From assembly GCF_018350175.1 (NCBI RefSeq), contig NC_058382.1:7998001-8062000 (forward strand): DNA of 64,000 nt. The letters run 5' to 3'. The stretch's first letter is position 1; each line of letters opens with the position of its first letter. A program made the position numbers and the translations under genes. Shown here in pieces: positions 11,938 through 24,267 of this stretch. The notes under the pieces are model-generated. The model saw nothing but the letters and a program-made list of their open reading frames with translations. It searched no databases and had not been told where the DNA came from. The stretch is from Felis catus. Lineage: Eukaryota.

Positions 11938-14354
11938 TGCAGTTAGAAAAAAAATCTTTCAATAGAAGAGAAACAAAATATACTAAGAATTGTTCTAAAA
12001 TCTTTCTTAAAGTTGACTCTTCTTTTGTTTCCTGACTTCTTTTCTGTGCATGTCTTAACCTGATTTGTTTTCCCTATGGGAAAACTGCTGTTTTTCCTGC
12101 CACGTGAGCTCCTTTGGATGTAGTTATGGGTGTTGGAGTAAAGGAGAATGTAACTGCTAATTAGCTGGCTAGTGCTCCCTTAGGGTAAAACTAGTATTTT
12201 CAGGGGAAGGAAGGGAGGAGAGAGGAGGTTGGGAATATCGAATCCAAGAAGCATTTAGGTGCTAGCTGGAGGCAGCCCACAGGAGCAGGCAGCTGAGGCA
12301 GGATGTCGTTGCCTCGGCCAAGGTGGTTCCCCTCTGAGAGCCTGTTTCCTCCTCTCTCCAGCGAGGATAATAAGCCTGCTTAAGAGGAATCCTGAGATCT
12401 AGTAAGTGAAAATGAACAGCGCGTCCGGCACATGACATCTTGTGTGCGAAGGGGTAGAGAGCTCACTGCATTTGCTTAAATGAATCAGAAGTCTGACAAG
12501 GGGCACAGGAGACCTAGCCGCGTTTCTTCAGGGAGGAGAGCTGGTGGCTGTGGGGACAGGGGAAGACGGAGACCAGGGTATTATTTCCCTTTCGAATGTA
12601 GAACCACGTGAACAGACTGCTTGCAAAAAGAATCTTAAAAATTTCTAAAACAGCCACCACGTCGGTGGGTAGAGAAACGGAACACGTGTGACAAAGCTTC
12701 CGTAGCAGTTAGCATGCAGGGACATTTAGGGACCTGGTCAGGGCACTCCGCCTGGGAGAAGGAAGAGACAGGCAGCAGTGAGACAAGCAGTGAGGCTTTC
12801 CACCGCTCCTCCCCCTGAAGAGCAAACAGAGGGACAGACACGCCTTCTGCTTGTCATCTCCTCACAGGTGTCTAATATTTAACACAAGTTCGATACACCC
12901 GGGGGTGGAAGGGCCTCGAGTGTGCTGGTCCTCAGGGAGGGGCGGGCTGGAGGAAGTTAGGACCAGAATCCCAAGCGGCCTAAGGAGGTGAGAGGTGGGT
13001 GTCTATCCTGCCCTCTCTGTCGGGGACACCATGTACTGCGGAGAGAAAGGCCTCTAGGCAGTGGCGAGTACTGAGGTTTCCCTGCTGCCCATTTCGCTTA
13101 GGAAAGCGTCCCTGCCCCTCCCAGAGGCTCCGTTTCCTGGTTTCCTGCAACCGGGGTTGGCCGTGCCCACCGGGCAGGGCGGTCGTGTAAGAGCCCACGA
13201 GTGACCCGGACCCCGACCGCCACCCTCCTTCCCAGCCCCCCGCGGGGTGGGTGGGGGTCCTTCAAAACAAGATCCTGTGACACAGAGCCCTCCTGTGGCT
13301 TCATAGTGCACCCCAGTCTGGCCGCACACCCTCTCACTGCTGCCTCTTCAGCCTGGAACAGTGGAGACGCTGTCTTGGTTACGGTCTGGTCAGCGAGCTG
13401 CTCTGCGCTTATCAGTTGATTTCCATTCCCGTAGGGTAGGCTCTGTGAACTCACCTGTTCCCTGTGGGTTAGAGGGGTTTTCTTTGACTCCGAGAGAGAG
13501 GGGAACCGATTCAAGAGAAGTTTAAGAAGCAGAGTTGGTGGACTTGGGGTGAGTGGCCGACGAACGCATGTTGGTGAGACAGCCCAGGGGAGACGGTTGT
13601 GGGGGCGGGGGCAGCAGAGTGGACGGGGAGTTCCTGCACTGACGCACTTGGCAAAGGCTCCAGCCGGCGTTTGAGCCTCAGTGGGGACCAGATTTCCCTG
13701 GCTGCGCCGATGGGGGCCAAAGGCGAAGGTCCCTTCAGTCTCTCATTTTCCCCCTTTTCTCTCCTGCTCCCCTTGATTCTTCTCTGGTTTCTGTGCCTGT
13801 GATCACACTTCCTGCAAGTTCTTAAATTGCTAATTGTCTTCCTTTTCTTTTTCTTTCTTTCCTTCATTTTATTTTAAATCTCTCCACCCAGGAGATCCAG
13901 AGTCTCCCCATTAAATTGCTAATTTCTTGGGGGGAAAGGGTGGCTCCCTCCCAGATGGCTCATCCTTGCTTCCTGGGCGCCACCTGGGCTTGGCGTTGTT
14001 GGCAGCGCCACCAGGTGGCTGTGGGCCGAAATGTCAGGAGCATCTGTTCCAGTTGCTCCCAGAATAATAAGAGAGTAGCTTTTCCTGGGCCCCAAGGGTG
14101 TACCGTGTGGTAAGTGCCTGACGTGGATCAGACAGTTTCATCTTCACAGAGACTACATGATTCATGAGCTGTAACCCCCATTTTTCACATGAGGAAACAG
14201 GCGTGGCGGTGAGTTTAGAATCTAAGATCCCAGGGTTAGGAGTGGAGAAGCAGGGGCTCTGGCACGTGGGCTGCAGAGCCTTGCCAGGTGACTCGTGGAA
14301 AAGGACGAGCAAAGGCCCCTGTCCTCAGAGTGCACAGAAGTCCACGGTCTGGAC

Positions 14355-14554
14355 ATTTTTTTTTTTAAGTTTGTTTATTTTAGAGAGACAGCGCGAGCAG
14401 GGGAGGGGCAGAGAGAGAGGGAGACACAGAATCCAAAGCAGGCTCCCGGCTCTGAGCTGTCAGCACGGAGCCCAGTCACTCGAACTCGCGAACCACGAGA
14501 TCATGACCTGAGCCGAAGTCGGACACTCAACCGACTGAGCCACCCGGGTGCCCC
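14355..14554 (-). mobile_element. CAN-SINE with TSD
   Basis: Full-length element; TSD CAC(G/A)GTCTGGAC at 14343-14354 and 14555-14566. Confidence 0.92.
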
Positions 14555-15724
14555 CACAGTCTGGACCTCTAATGACCCCTACTGACCTACTGCTTGCAGT
14601 CACTCTCCTGGCCCATCAGTGGACTAGAAAACCCTGGACTCAATCCCAAGCCCCACCGAGGAGCCCTGGGAAATAGAGCCGTTTGGCTTGACTTATTGCT
14701 GCCCCAAATGAAATGGAGTAGAACCGGTGTAAAGGAGGGGACAGCCTCTATCTCTACCCCAGTGGGGTGAGCCTGGTGTGGAAGGGTCGGTCACTTAAGC
14801 TTCTGAGGTGAGAAGACGAAGGCCAGCTTTAGGATCAGAAAAGGAAGCAGCATCATGGCTTTGTCTCTGCTAGATGGACTAGAGGCAGTCTGCCTCTGTG
14901 ACCTGGCCCCCGGCTCCCCCTCCCCACTGCCTGCCGCTCCCGCCACAGCTATAGAGAAGCTGCCTGTATGTGTGTCAGTCCTGCGGTGACATGTCTGCCC
15001 GGAGAACCTCACTCATCCTTCAAGACTTAATTCTGACCTCTCCTCCTCCCATGTTCCACACAGAACAGCAGGACTTAGCTCCAGAAAGATCTGGATTCCC
15101 ATCCTGGGACTGGTGTTTGCTGCTGTGTGACCTTGAAGAAGTCACATCACCTTTCTGATCCTGTTTCCCATCCCGAAGGGATTCGTTGGGCTGCTACCTA
15201 GTATTTCTGGCCCAGTACCATGACATAGGTGGCACTCTGTAAGTGGTAGTTCTGAGTTACCAGGTTGTCAGTCACAGTCACTTACAGAGCGCCTGCTGCA
15301 TGCCGGCCACCGCTCCAGGTGCTGGGGATAACCACAGTGAACAAAAGCGAGAAATCCTGTGGGCAGACACCATCTCCATTATGAGCCCTCCTTGGTGCTC
15401 CCAGGCCACCTTTCCCTCCCTCTGTCACAGATGGCTTGTTGCTGGGTTTCATACACATCCGCACCGCTGATGAGGTCGCCCCAGCAGCAGAGGACATCCT
15501 GATTCTCAGAATCGCAGCTGCATGTTCTTTTCCCACCGGCTCCCCAGCTGCTGGGGCCCAGCGACTGCAGCAGCCTCCCGCCTTGGTCCTGATGCACAGA
15601 GGCAGACCTGCCCCGGCCCTGTCTCCTCTCGCTCTAGCCCTTTTCTCAACCCCAACTCTAGGATGTGTTTCCCAGCCATGTATCTAGATTTAGGCCATCC
15701 TGTTCTCTCTCCCCTATTCCTCTG

Positions 15725-16180
15725 TCCGCTTCCTATTGCTGTCGTAACAAACGATCATAAACTTAGTGGCTTAAAACAACACACGTTTATCCTCTTACAG
15801 TTCTAGAAGTCAGAAATCTGAAATGGGTCCACAGGATCTCATTCCTTCTGGAAACTCAGAGAGAATCCATCTTTTCTATCTTCTAGAGACCCCCTACGTT
15901 CCTTGGTTTGTGGTCCAAGCCCTGTCTTCAGAGCCAGCAACGCAGCATCTCTCGGAATTTTCTTCCCATGGTCACACCTCCTGACTCTTCTGCCACCTCA
16001 CATTCCACCTAAGGACCCTTGTGATTACATTCAGGGTCCATGCTGCCATCCAGGGTGATCTCCCCATCTCGAAATCCTTAATTTAATCACACATGCAAGG
16101 TCCTTTTTTGCCATGTGAGGTCTCCTATTCACAGGTTCTGGGGCTAGGGCGGTGGACACGTATGAAGGCCATTCTGTCAC
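15725..16180 (-). mobile_element. MLT1-type solo LTR
   Basis: TTCCTATTGCTGTCGTAACAAA...AAACTTAGTGGCTTAAAACAACAC...AAGGACCCTTGTGATTACATT...ATTCACAGGTTCTGGGG. Confidence 0.8.
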
Positions 16181-17399
16181 CTAGGCACTCCCCACTTCCC
16201 CCCATTGCCTTCTCAATCCTTCCATTCCTTTCAGTCCAAGGCTGAGGTTTCCCCCTCCATATTCATTCCCAAACACCCCTGTTTCAGATAGAGGAAAGGG
16301 GCTGGGACAGGGAGGGAGAGAGTCCCAGGTGCAGGGACAGCGGCCCCTGCACCTTAACCACACTGGCTGCCTGTCGTCATGTCCCACCCAGGACTTTGTT
16401 GTGGCTCTTCCCTCGGTGTGACTCAGTCAACCCCTTTGCCCCCGTGCCGCCACCATGTTCCCCTGCCCTGCCCCACTTTTGCTTCCTCCATAGTGTTTAG
16501 CCTATTCTAGCATGCTGTATAATTGCTTTGTGAAGTTCGTTGTTCTCCTGTCTCCTTGGCTGGAATACAAGCCTCGTGAGAGCAAGGAGCCTCTGTCTCA
16601 GTCACAGCCATAATCCCAGGGCCTCGAACGGTGTCTGGACATAGCAGGTGCTCACAAATATTTGTTGTATGAGTGAATGTTGCACTGCAGAGAGTCTGGT
16701 TTGTCTCCGTTGTCATCCCTGTACATAGAATAGGGCTGAGTAAGTAATAGAGTAAATAAATTAGATAATCTGAGTTGGGATTTGGAGTGGCAAAGGAACT
16801 GCACAGGTCAGGTTAGTGGACCTGAGTGAAGTTGGAGGTGGTGGCAGAGAACGGTGGTCTTCAAAGCCGGGGCGGGGGCTGGGGGTGGTCAGAATCTCGG
16901 ACTCCTGGGCTGTGAAGGCGGACGGATGTGGTGTGAAAAACAAGGACAGATGCAGGGCAGGCCGCTCTGTCACCGACTCCCTCAGTGACTTGGAGGCAGC
17001 CCCTCCTCACTCCGGGCCCACTTGGGCGTCACATCTGTGGCCATCTAGCCCTCAGCACCTGGCCCAAGCACCGTCCGCTTCTCTTGTAGGGAACTTTGCC
17101 CGTTTGGTGAAAGTGGAAAAGTCTTGAAATAGTGTATGTTTTTCAGACACGTTTGTGAGAAACTCCCAAGGTCCTGGTCTTGGTTGACGGCCTCGTTAAC
17201 TGAGACAGCCCCACACAGCCATCACTCCATTTCTTTACATTTCCCAAACCGCGGTTCTCTCTCCTCTGTCCTCAGAGTCCTGGCTCTGGCTTCTGGCCTA
17301 GACCATCACCCCGACCTCCTCCAGTCCGTTCCCCACACGTACATCTGCCATGTTAGTCTCCCTACCCGTGAAGTGCCTCCCTGGCTGCCTCGAAACCAA

Positions 17400-17950
17400 G
17401 TTTGAGGCATCCGCATGTCATTTCTTGACCAACAGCTCCCGTCACGTGGTGCTATACACACACTGTGCACCGTGGTCCCCGAGACCACCCTTGTGTTCAC
17501 TGATTAGTTAGAAGGACTCCTAAAACTCGGCAAACCTGTTAGATTTTGCCCCTGTCACGGCAAAAGAGAGAGGAGAGTCAACAAAGGTAAAAGATGCACA
17601 GGGCAGAGTCTGGGAGAGACCAGGTGTGAGCTCCCGCTCGTCTCCCAGTGGAGCTGACCCGACAGCACCGCACTTGGTTCTCCAGGCACCGTCGTGTGAC
17701 CACACACGTGGAGCGTTGCCCTCCAGGGATGCTCCCCTGAGCCCTGGTGCCAGGATCTTCACACAGGCACGGAGCATCTGTGTGACTGATCTTCATCACT
17801 TGGTCTCTGGCCCCTGCTGAGGGCAGGCTGGCAGGATGCTCTGGGGGCTTGGAGGTTATCTCCCAGGAACCAGACACAGGCCAGTCTTTTCTTTGGATAA
17901 TCCGGGCCTGCCGAGTCCACCTTTCACTGTGTGCACAGACACGCCTGCGG
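17400..17950. mobile_element. MER21-like LTR fragment
   Basis: GGCAGAGTCTGGGAGAGACCAGG...TCTCCCAGTGGAG...CCAGGGATGCTCCCCTGAGCCCTGGTG resembles the MER21 consensus as recalled. Confidence 0.55.
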
Positions 17951-19964
17951 TTTCAGCCTCTCTGTGCCCGCGACCAGGCCCTTCTCCCCTCCTGCCTGGC
18001 CGATCCTGGCTGATCTCACATCTCGCCTCCACACTCAGTTCCAGGAGAGTGCTCCCCAGGGCCCAGGCCAGCGTGAGGACCTGTCCTTGCTCGTACAACA
18101 CGTGACCCGGTCCTGTCCCTGCCTGGTGCCCTGGTACTGAAGGTCACGTTTGGCCACCTCAAGGACGAGGGCCATGGCTTAAGTAACCTCTCTGGGCCTC
18201 ACTCTCCTGGCTTAGGAAAGGGACCTGCTTTCAGGAGTAAATGAGCAATGATACATCTAAAGTGCAAAGCGTGGGGCCGAGTCGGTGTGTTTGCCACTGC
18301 GAGTAGCTCCTGGCTCCTGTAGAATCAGAAACACGTGAGGCATTTAATAAATGGTGAACCATGAAACCACAAAAGCCCCCCACGGAAAATTGTTTTTCTT
18401 TTAGTTTTTTAACAGCTACAGATCTTTTTATAAATGCTCTTGTGGAAAAATTTAGCTGCAGCTTATTCATAGAAGTTCTGTGGGGCTGAGGTCTTGAGAA
18501 CTGAGACGTGTAGGTGGTAGCTGTTCGGAGGCTATTGGCCGCCAGTAACCCGAACGGACCTGGCTTGACGCGGCACTTGAGTGGGGAGCTGGGCTCTCAT
18601 GAAGAAGGGGTCCAGTGCGGGGCGCCGGCGGCCCTGGGGGCTCAGGCGTTGCTGTGGCGGGAGAGAAGGGACCTTTCCCGGAACCCCCGGAAGAGCTTTA
18701 TAAAAATGCCACGGCCGGGGCGCCGCCCCCAAGAACCTGCCCCCAGAGGTGCTGATGGGCAGCCAGCCAAGGTCCCCAGGCTTAGACCAGGCAGCCCCGA
18801 GGTCCTCTCCTTAGAGGCGCGTGTCTATGCGGAACAGGCGAACGGAATGGCAGGCTCTGCCAGGAAGGCAGAGGGTGCAGTGGACGTTGGAGGGGGGCAG
18901 CTGCCACAGGTTTCCTCAGACCCGGGCCACAAAAGGATCCCTGGAGACCCTTGCAGAAGTAAAACTGGTCCTGAAGAGGGAGAGGGGAAAGGAATCAGGA
19001 CTTGGGGATGCCTTCCCTGGGCCAGGCTTCTCAGTTGTGACCTTGTTCTTCACGGTGGGAGGGGATTGTCCTCCTTACAGAGGGAGGCACTGAGGCTTGG
19101 AGAGGCTCAGGAATAACTTGCCCCAGTCCCCACGGCTAGCAGTGGAAGCAGAGTTCGAACACAGGTCTTGAAGCCTGAAGAACCAACCTCGTGCCTCAGG
19201 ACAGGGAGCTGTCTTGCCTCCGAACTACCTTTGCTGTCTTGGATGAAAGGGAAGTAAGAAACGCGGGTATTGGATGGAGGCTGGGGTGCAGAATAGCGTC
19301 CGTGCCCCAAAGCAGGGCTGCTTGCCCTGTGACCAGGTGCACCTGTTTGACAGGGTAGAACTAAAGAGGGGTTTACAGCCCAAGGCCAGGGTTCAGGGCC
19401 CACTGTGGGATAAGAATGGACAAGTTACTTCCATCTGAGCCTCTCTTTTCCCATCTGTGCCGGGGCACAGTCATCCCGACCTCTCTGTAGGATCGGTGTG
19501 AAATTAGCTGGGGGTCTGGCTAGGGAGAGTGTACGTAGCACGGTGCCGGGCACACCTGGCTGCCTGGAAATCCCCCCGGGGTCTACATCTCGTGGCAGCC
19601 TACCGTGAATTCGCGTTAAACTTGAGGTCGGCCTCAACCCCCGCGTTTCTTTCAGAAGAACTTCTTTACAGCTGGGTGTTTGCGGCCCCTCCTGGGCTCC
19701 TTTCCTTCTTTCCTCACCAGCTTCCAGAGGCTGTCCCCAAAGTAAAACTTTCAAGCGTGTGCCTGCGCATGGCAGCAGTGATAACGAGCACCCTAACTCG
19801 CATCCCACGGATGCTGGCCTCGCTTCAGCCCAGTAGCTGCCGCCCCACTTTCCTGATAAGGGAACTGAGTCTCAGAGAGGTTTCCTGTCCCTCGTTTGAA
19901 ACCGGAGCCCTAGGGAGCCACTAGGTCCTACCTCAGGTCTGTCAGATATTTTATGCTTTCCAAC

Positions 19965-20280
19965 CGTGTTCTTTCCCCATGGCTGCTCTCACAAATTTAC
20001 AACAGCTTCTTGGCTTAAAATGACAGATTTATTTTCTTACAGTTCAGGAGGTCAAAGTCCGAATTCAGTCTCAAAAGGGCTAAAAGCAGGGTGTCAGCAG
20101 GGCACCTGCTGTCACCTTTTTCTAGCTTCTAGAGGTCTGTGTGTTCCCATGCTTGGGTCACTTCCTCTGCATCTCAAAACCATTAATTTAATCACACCTG
20201 GAAATTTCTTTTGCCACACACAGCAGCATATTCCCAGGTTCCAGGGATTCGGGTGTGGGCATCTTCAGGGGGACCACATG
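19965..20280 (-). mobile_element. Internally deleted MLT1-type LTR
   Basis: TGGCTTAAAA...TCTTACAGTTCAGGAGGTCAAAGTCC...TTAATCACACCTG...CCCAGGTTCCAGGGATT. Confidence 0.65.
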
Positions 20281-20468
20281 GTTAATAGCACTTCCCATAC
20301 TGACTCCACTGGAAACTATTTAGGGCTCCCACCACCTTCAGGGTCAGCTCCACCTCCCCACCTCGGTCTGGCCCCACCCCAACCCCAGTCACCTTTGAGG
20401 CAGGGCCAGCCTAGGGGAGGCTTGTTTAATTCAGTAACTCCATCTATCCTACTTGAGTTGTGATTTTA

Positions 20469-20703
20469 TTTTATTATTATTTTTTTTAATTTTTTATTTT
20501 TGAATGTTTATTTTTAAGAGAGAGAGAGAGTCAGAGCATGAGCGGGGGAGGGGCAGAGAGAGAGGGAGACACAGAATCCGAAGCAGGCTCCAGGCTCTGA
20601 CCTGTCAGCACGGAGCCTGACGCGGGGCTCGAACTCACGAACCGTGAGATCGTGACCTGAGCCGAAGTCGGACGCTCAGCCGACTGAGCCACCCAGGCGC
20701 CCC
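20469..20703 (-). mobile_element. Young felid-type CAN-SINE with perfect 16-bp TSD
   Basis: CpG-rich, near-consensus body; TSD TTGAGTTGTGATTTTA at 20453-20468 and 20704-20719. Confidence 0.95.
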
Positions 20704-20916
20704 TTGAGTTGTGATTTTAAAACCTGGCTGCATAAGTTCACTGGTTCCTCAGACTGAATCCACACCCTATAATTTGAGCCTCTTTGAAATACGAGGCTTA
20801 TAGATTATGTCCCTCCATTGTATGGACAGAACAAACATCAAAGTAGAAAGGGGATGATGTAGTCCCACCACCCAAAGATGGGCCCTGTCCACATCGGTGT
20901 GTCTCCTTCCTGTGCT

Positions 20917-20918
<2 letters not shown>

Positions 20919-20951
<33 letters not shown>

Positions 20952-21290
20952 TTATTTAAACATTTTTTTTTAATGTTTATTTCAAGAGAGAGAAAGAGAG
21001 ACAGAATCTGAAGCAGGCTCCAGGCTCTGAGCCATCAGCACAGAGCCCAACACAGGGCTCGAATTCATGAGCCATGAGATCATGACCTGAGCCGAAGTCA
21101 GACGCTCAACTGACTGAGCCACCCAGGCACCCCTCAAATTTTTATTTAAATTCTAGTTTGGTTAACATGCATACATTGTAACATTCGTTTCAGGAGTAGA
21201 ATTTATTGACTCAACACTTAACTGTAACCCCCAGTGCTGATCCTAACAAGTTCCCTCCTTAATGCCCATCAGCCGTTTAGCCCTTCCCGC
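20919..21290 (-). mobile_element. CAN-SINE (to about 21133) inserted in the tail of a carnivore L1 3' end
   Basis: Poly-T, SINE body ending CCCAGGCACCCC, then TTTCAGGAGTAGAATTT...CCCAGTGCT...CCCTCCTTAATGCCCATCA L1 3'UTR. Confidence 0.8.
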
Positions 21291-22682
21291 CCTCCTTGAA
21301 AGTTCTGTTTTCCACAGCTGAGATCACACTGCACTAGTGACGTGCATTCTGCCCAGGTCCCTTTGTTGTCACTTCTTACATTTCTTGTGTGTCGTAAGAG
21401 TCTGTCAGTAGGTGTAACGCAGCTCTTCCCTTACACCGAAAACTTAATCCCCTCGCTTGGTGTGAGAAAGTGCCCTGTTGTCCGGGACCCATGCTGGGCC
21501 AGTAGAAGTCAGCAAACAGGCCCGTGGCCTGGGGTCAGCTCCTGGCTCCACCCCTTGCTGGCTGGGAGATCCTGGGCAAGTCACCGCAGCCCTCTGAGCC
21601 CCATTGTCCTCACCCCACTCTGTCTCGAGGACAGAATCCCTGTCTCCAGGTATTAGTGAGAGTGAGCGTCTGTGAGCAGCCCCTGTGTCAGCTAACAGGT
21701 GACTCTGCTTGGGTCTTTTTCAGTCAGAAATCGTAGAAATCTAGTCTGCTTAGACTGAACAGGGTTGTGCTGGCTCACGGAGCTTCTAACGAAGATGGGG
21801 TGGGGCCTCTGAGTACGTGTAGATACTCTGGGCCACATGATCACTTTCTCCCTCTCCCCACTGTCACTCTCTCTGGTGGCAGCTCGGCTGCAGATGGCCA
21901 AAAAGGAGGGGGGTGCCCCACATGTGCATTCTCTGTGCCCTACACCTGCAGGTGAAGGCCACCTCCTCTTGAGTGCCTGGAGAGCAGTCCCAGGGGAGGT
22001 CTGAGTTAACTGACTGGGGTCTCCCGTCCACCCCTGAGTTAGAAGGAGGGCAGAGGGATGTGCCAACACGCCCTCCATCCTCCTAACAGGTCAGGGGTGT
22101 GCACAGATGGGACCTTCGCCACCTCAGGCCCTGCCGTGCAGCTCAGCTTTCTGGGGCCTTTCTGTGAGTCCAGAAGGGCAGTCAGCGTGGCACTCGGCCA
22201 CATCAGCCCACCGCCCACCACCTCCCACCTGTGGTTGGCACGGTATCCTGGGCAGCCGGTCCTCCAGGTGTTATTTTGTGTGCCCTCCTCGGGGCTGAGG
22301 TCAGCTCAGGTGCCTGCTCTTTGGCCTTCTCTTCCACGGCAGCAGATACTCCTGCTTGTGCTGAACCTGGCTGCGCATGGCCCAAGCACATCTAGCCCCG
22401 AGCACCTGACCTCCAGGGCACCGGCTTATGCTTCCAAATCTTTCTTTGCTAGTTTAACAGGGCCTGTCTGGGCTGTAGCAGGGAGCAGGGTGGCGAGCAC
22501 GTATTATAATTATGCAAAGTCCCGCCACCCTCCACACGTTCCATCATGCCATTGAGGTTGCCTTTCCCAAACTGCCATCTGATCATGTGACTTACTGTGC
22601 TTTGAAAATCTTCCCAAGGTTGCGGACACCGAGGGATTTGCTCTGGGAGTCAGAGTAGCCGCTGCCACTGGAATCTGGAGCC

Positions 22683-24263
22683 ATGAGCGGGTTTAATTTT
22701 GGAGGCACTGGGGCCCCCACAGGCGGGTTCACGTTTGGCACCGCAAAGACAGCAACAACCACGCCTGCTACCGGCTTCTCTTTCTCTACGTCTGGCACTG
22801 GCGGGTTTAACTTTGGGACTCCCTCCCAGCCAGCTGCAAGCACCCCTTCTACTGGCCTGTTCTCGCTCACCACCCAAGCTCCAGCGACACAGACCCCAGG
22901 GTTCAGTTTTGGAACCACAACTCCTGCTACGGGAGGAACGGGATTCTCCTTAGGGATCAGCGCTCCGAAGCTAAACCTGAGCAATGCAGCCGCCACCCCA
23001 GCCACTGCTCACCCTGGCGGCTTTGGGCTCGGCGGCAGCACCCTCACCAACGCCATCTCGAGCACTGTCACCTCCAGCCAGAGCACAGCACCCGCTGGCT
23101 TTGTGTTCGGCTCCACCACCACCTCTGCCGCTCCGTCCACCACACCGGGGGGATTCTCGTTCACAGGCGGAAGCACGTCCCAGAGCGGGACCTCCGGTTT
23201 CAATATTGGCTCCATGGGGAGTTTGGCCCAGCCCACGGCACTGGGCGGACTGCCCTTCACTCCCGCCACGCCGGCAACCACTGGAGCAGGAGCCACTCAG
23301 CCAGCTGCTCCTGCACCCGCCGCGGCCACCACCAGTGCCGGGCCCACGCTGTTCGCCTCGCTAGCGACCGCTCCAGCCTCCTCCACCACCACCGGGCTTT
23401 CCCTTTGTACCCCGTCGACCACAGCTGCGGCACCCGGGGCCGGAACGCTGGGCTTCAGCTTAAAGGCCCCCGGGGCGGCTTCTACCTCCTCCACGACAAC
23501 ATCCACTGCTACTGCCACCACTGCCACAGCCACCACCACGGCGGCCACCACCACCGCCGGCTTTGCCTTGAATCTGAAGCCACTGGCACCGGCCGGGATC
23601 GCCAGCAACGCACCGGCTGCCGCGACCGTGCCTCCTGGCTCCGGCGCACCCACGGGGGCGTCCGCCAGTCCCGTGATGACCTACGCCCAGCTGGAGAGTC
23701 TGATCAACAAGTGGAGCCTGGAGCTGGAGGACCAGGAGCGGCACTTTTTGCAGCAGGCCACACAGGTCAACGCCTGGGACCGCACGCTGATCGAGAATGG
23801 GGAGAAGATCACTACCCTCCACCGCGAGGTGGAGAAAGTGAAGCTGGACCAGAAGAGGCTGGACCAAGAGCTCGACTTCATCCTGTCTCAGCAGAAGGAG
23901 CTGGAAGACCTGCTGAGCCCGCTGGAGGAGTCGGTCAAGGAGCAGAGCGGGACCGTCTACCTGCAGCACGCCGACGAGGAGCGCGAGAAAACCTACAAGC
24001 TCGCCGAGAACATCGACGCGCAGCTGAAGCGCATGGCCCAAGACCTCAAGGACATCATCGAGCACCTGAACACGTCTGGAGGTCCCGCCGACACCAGCGA
24101 CCCCCTGCAGCAGATCTGCAAGATCCTCAACGCGCNNNNNNNNNNNNNNNNNNNNNNNNNNNNNNNNNNNNNNNNNNNNNNNNNNNNNNNNNNNNNNNNN
24201 NNNNNNNNNNNNNNNNNNNNNNNNNNNNNNNNNNNNNNNNNNNNNNNNNNNNNNNNNNNNNNN
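22683..24263 (+). CDS. NUP62: Nucleoporin p62, single coding exon; stop inferred inside the assembly gap (about 526 aa)
   Basis: MSGFNFGGTGAPTGGFTFG FG/FxFG repeats, Thr/Ala linker and coiled coil MTYAQLESLINKWSLELEDQERHF...KILNA. Exon acceptor TTCCCAAG|G at 22619. 484 codons are read before the Ns; the end is inferred from the recalled 42-aa human tail. AATAAA at 25376. Confidence 0.97.
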
Positions 24264-24267
24264 NNNN
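24136..24267. other. Assembly gap (132 N)
   Basis: Run of N. Confidence 1.

Noticed and set aside
18514-19116. 200-aa ORF across the promoter-like cassette
   Set aside because: GTG start, GC-rich, no domain or splice support.
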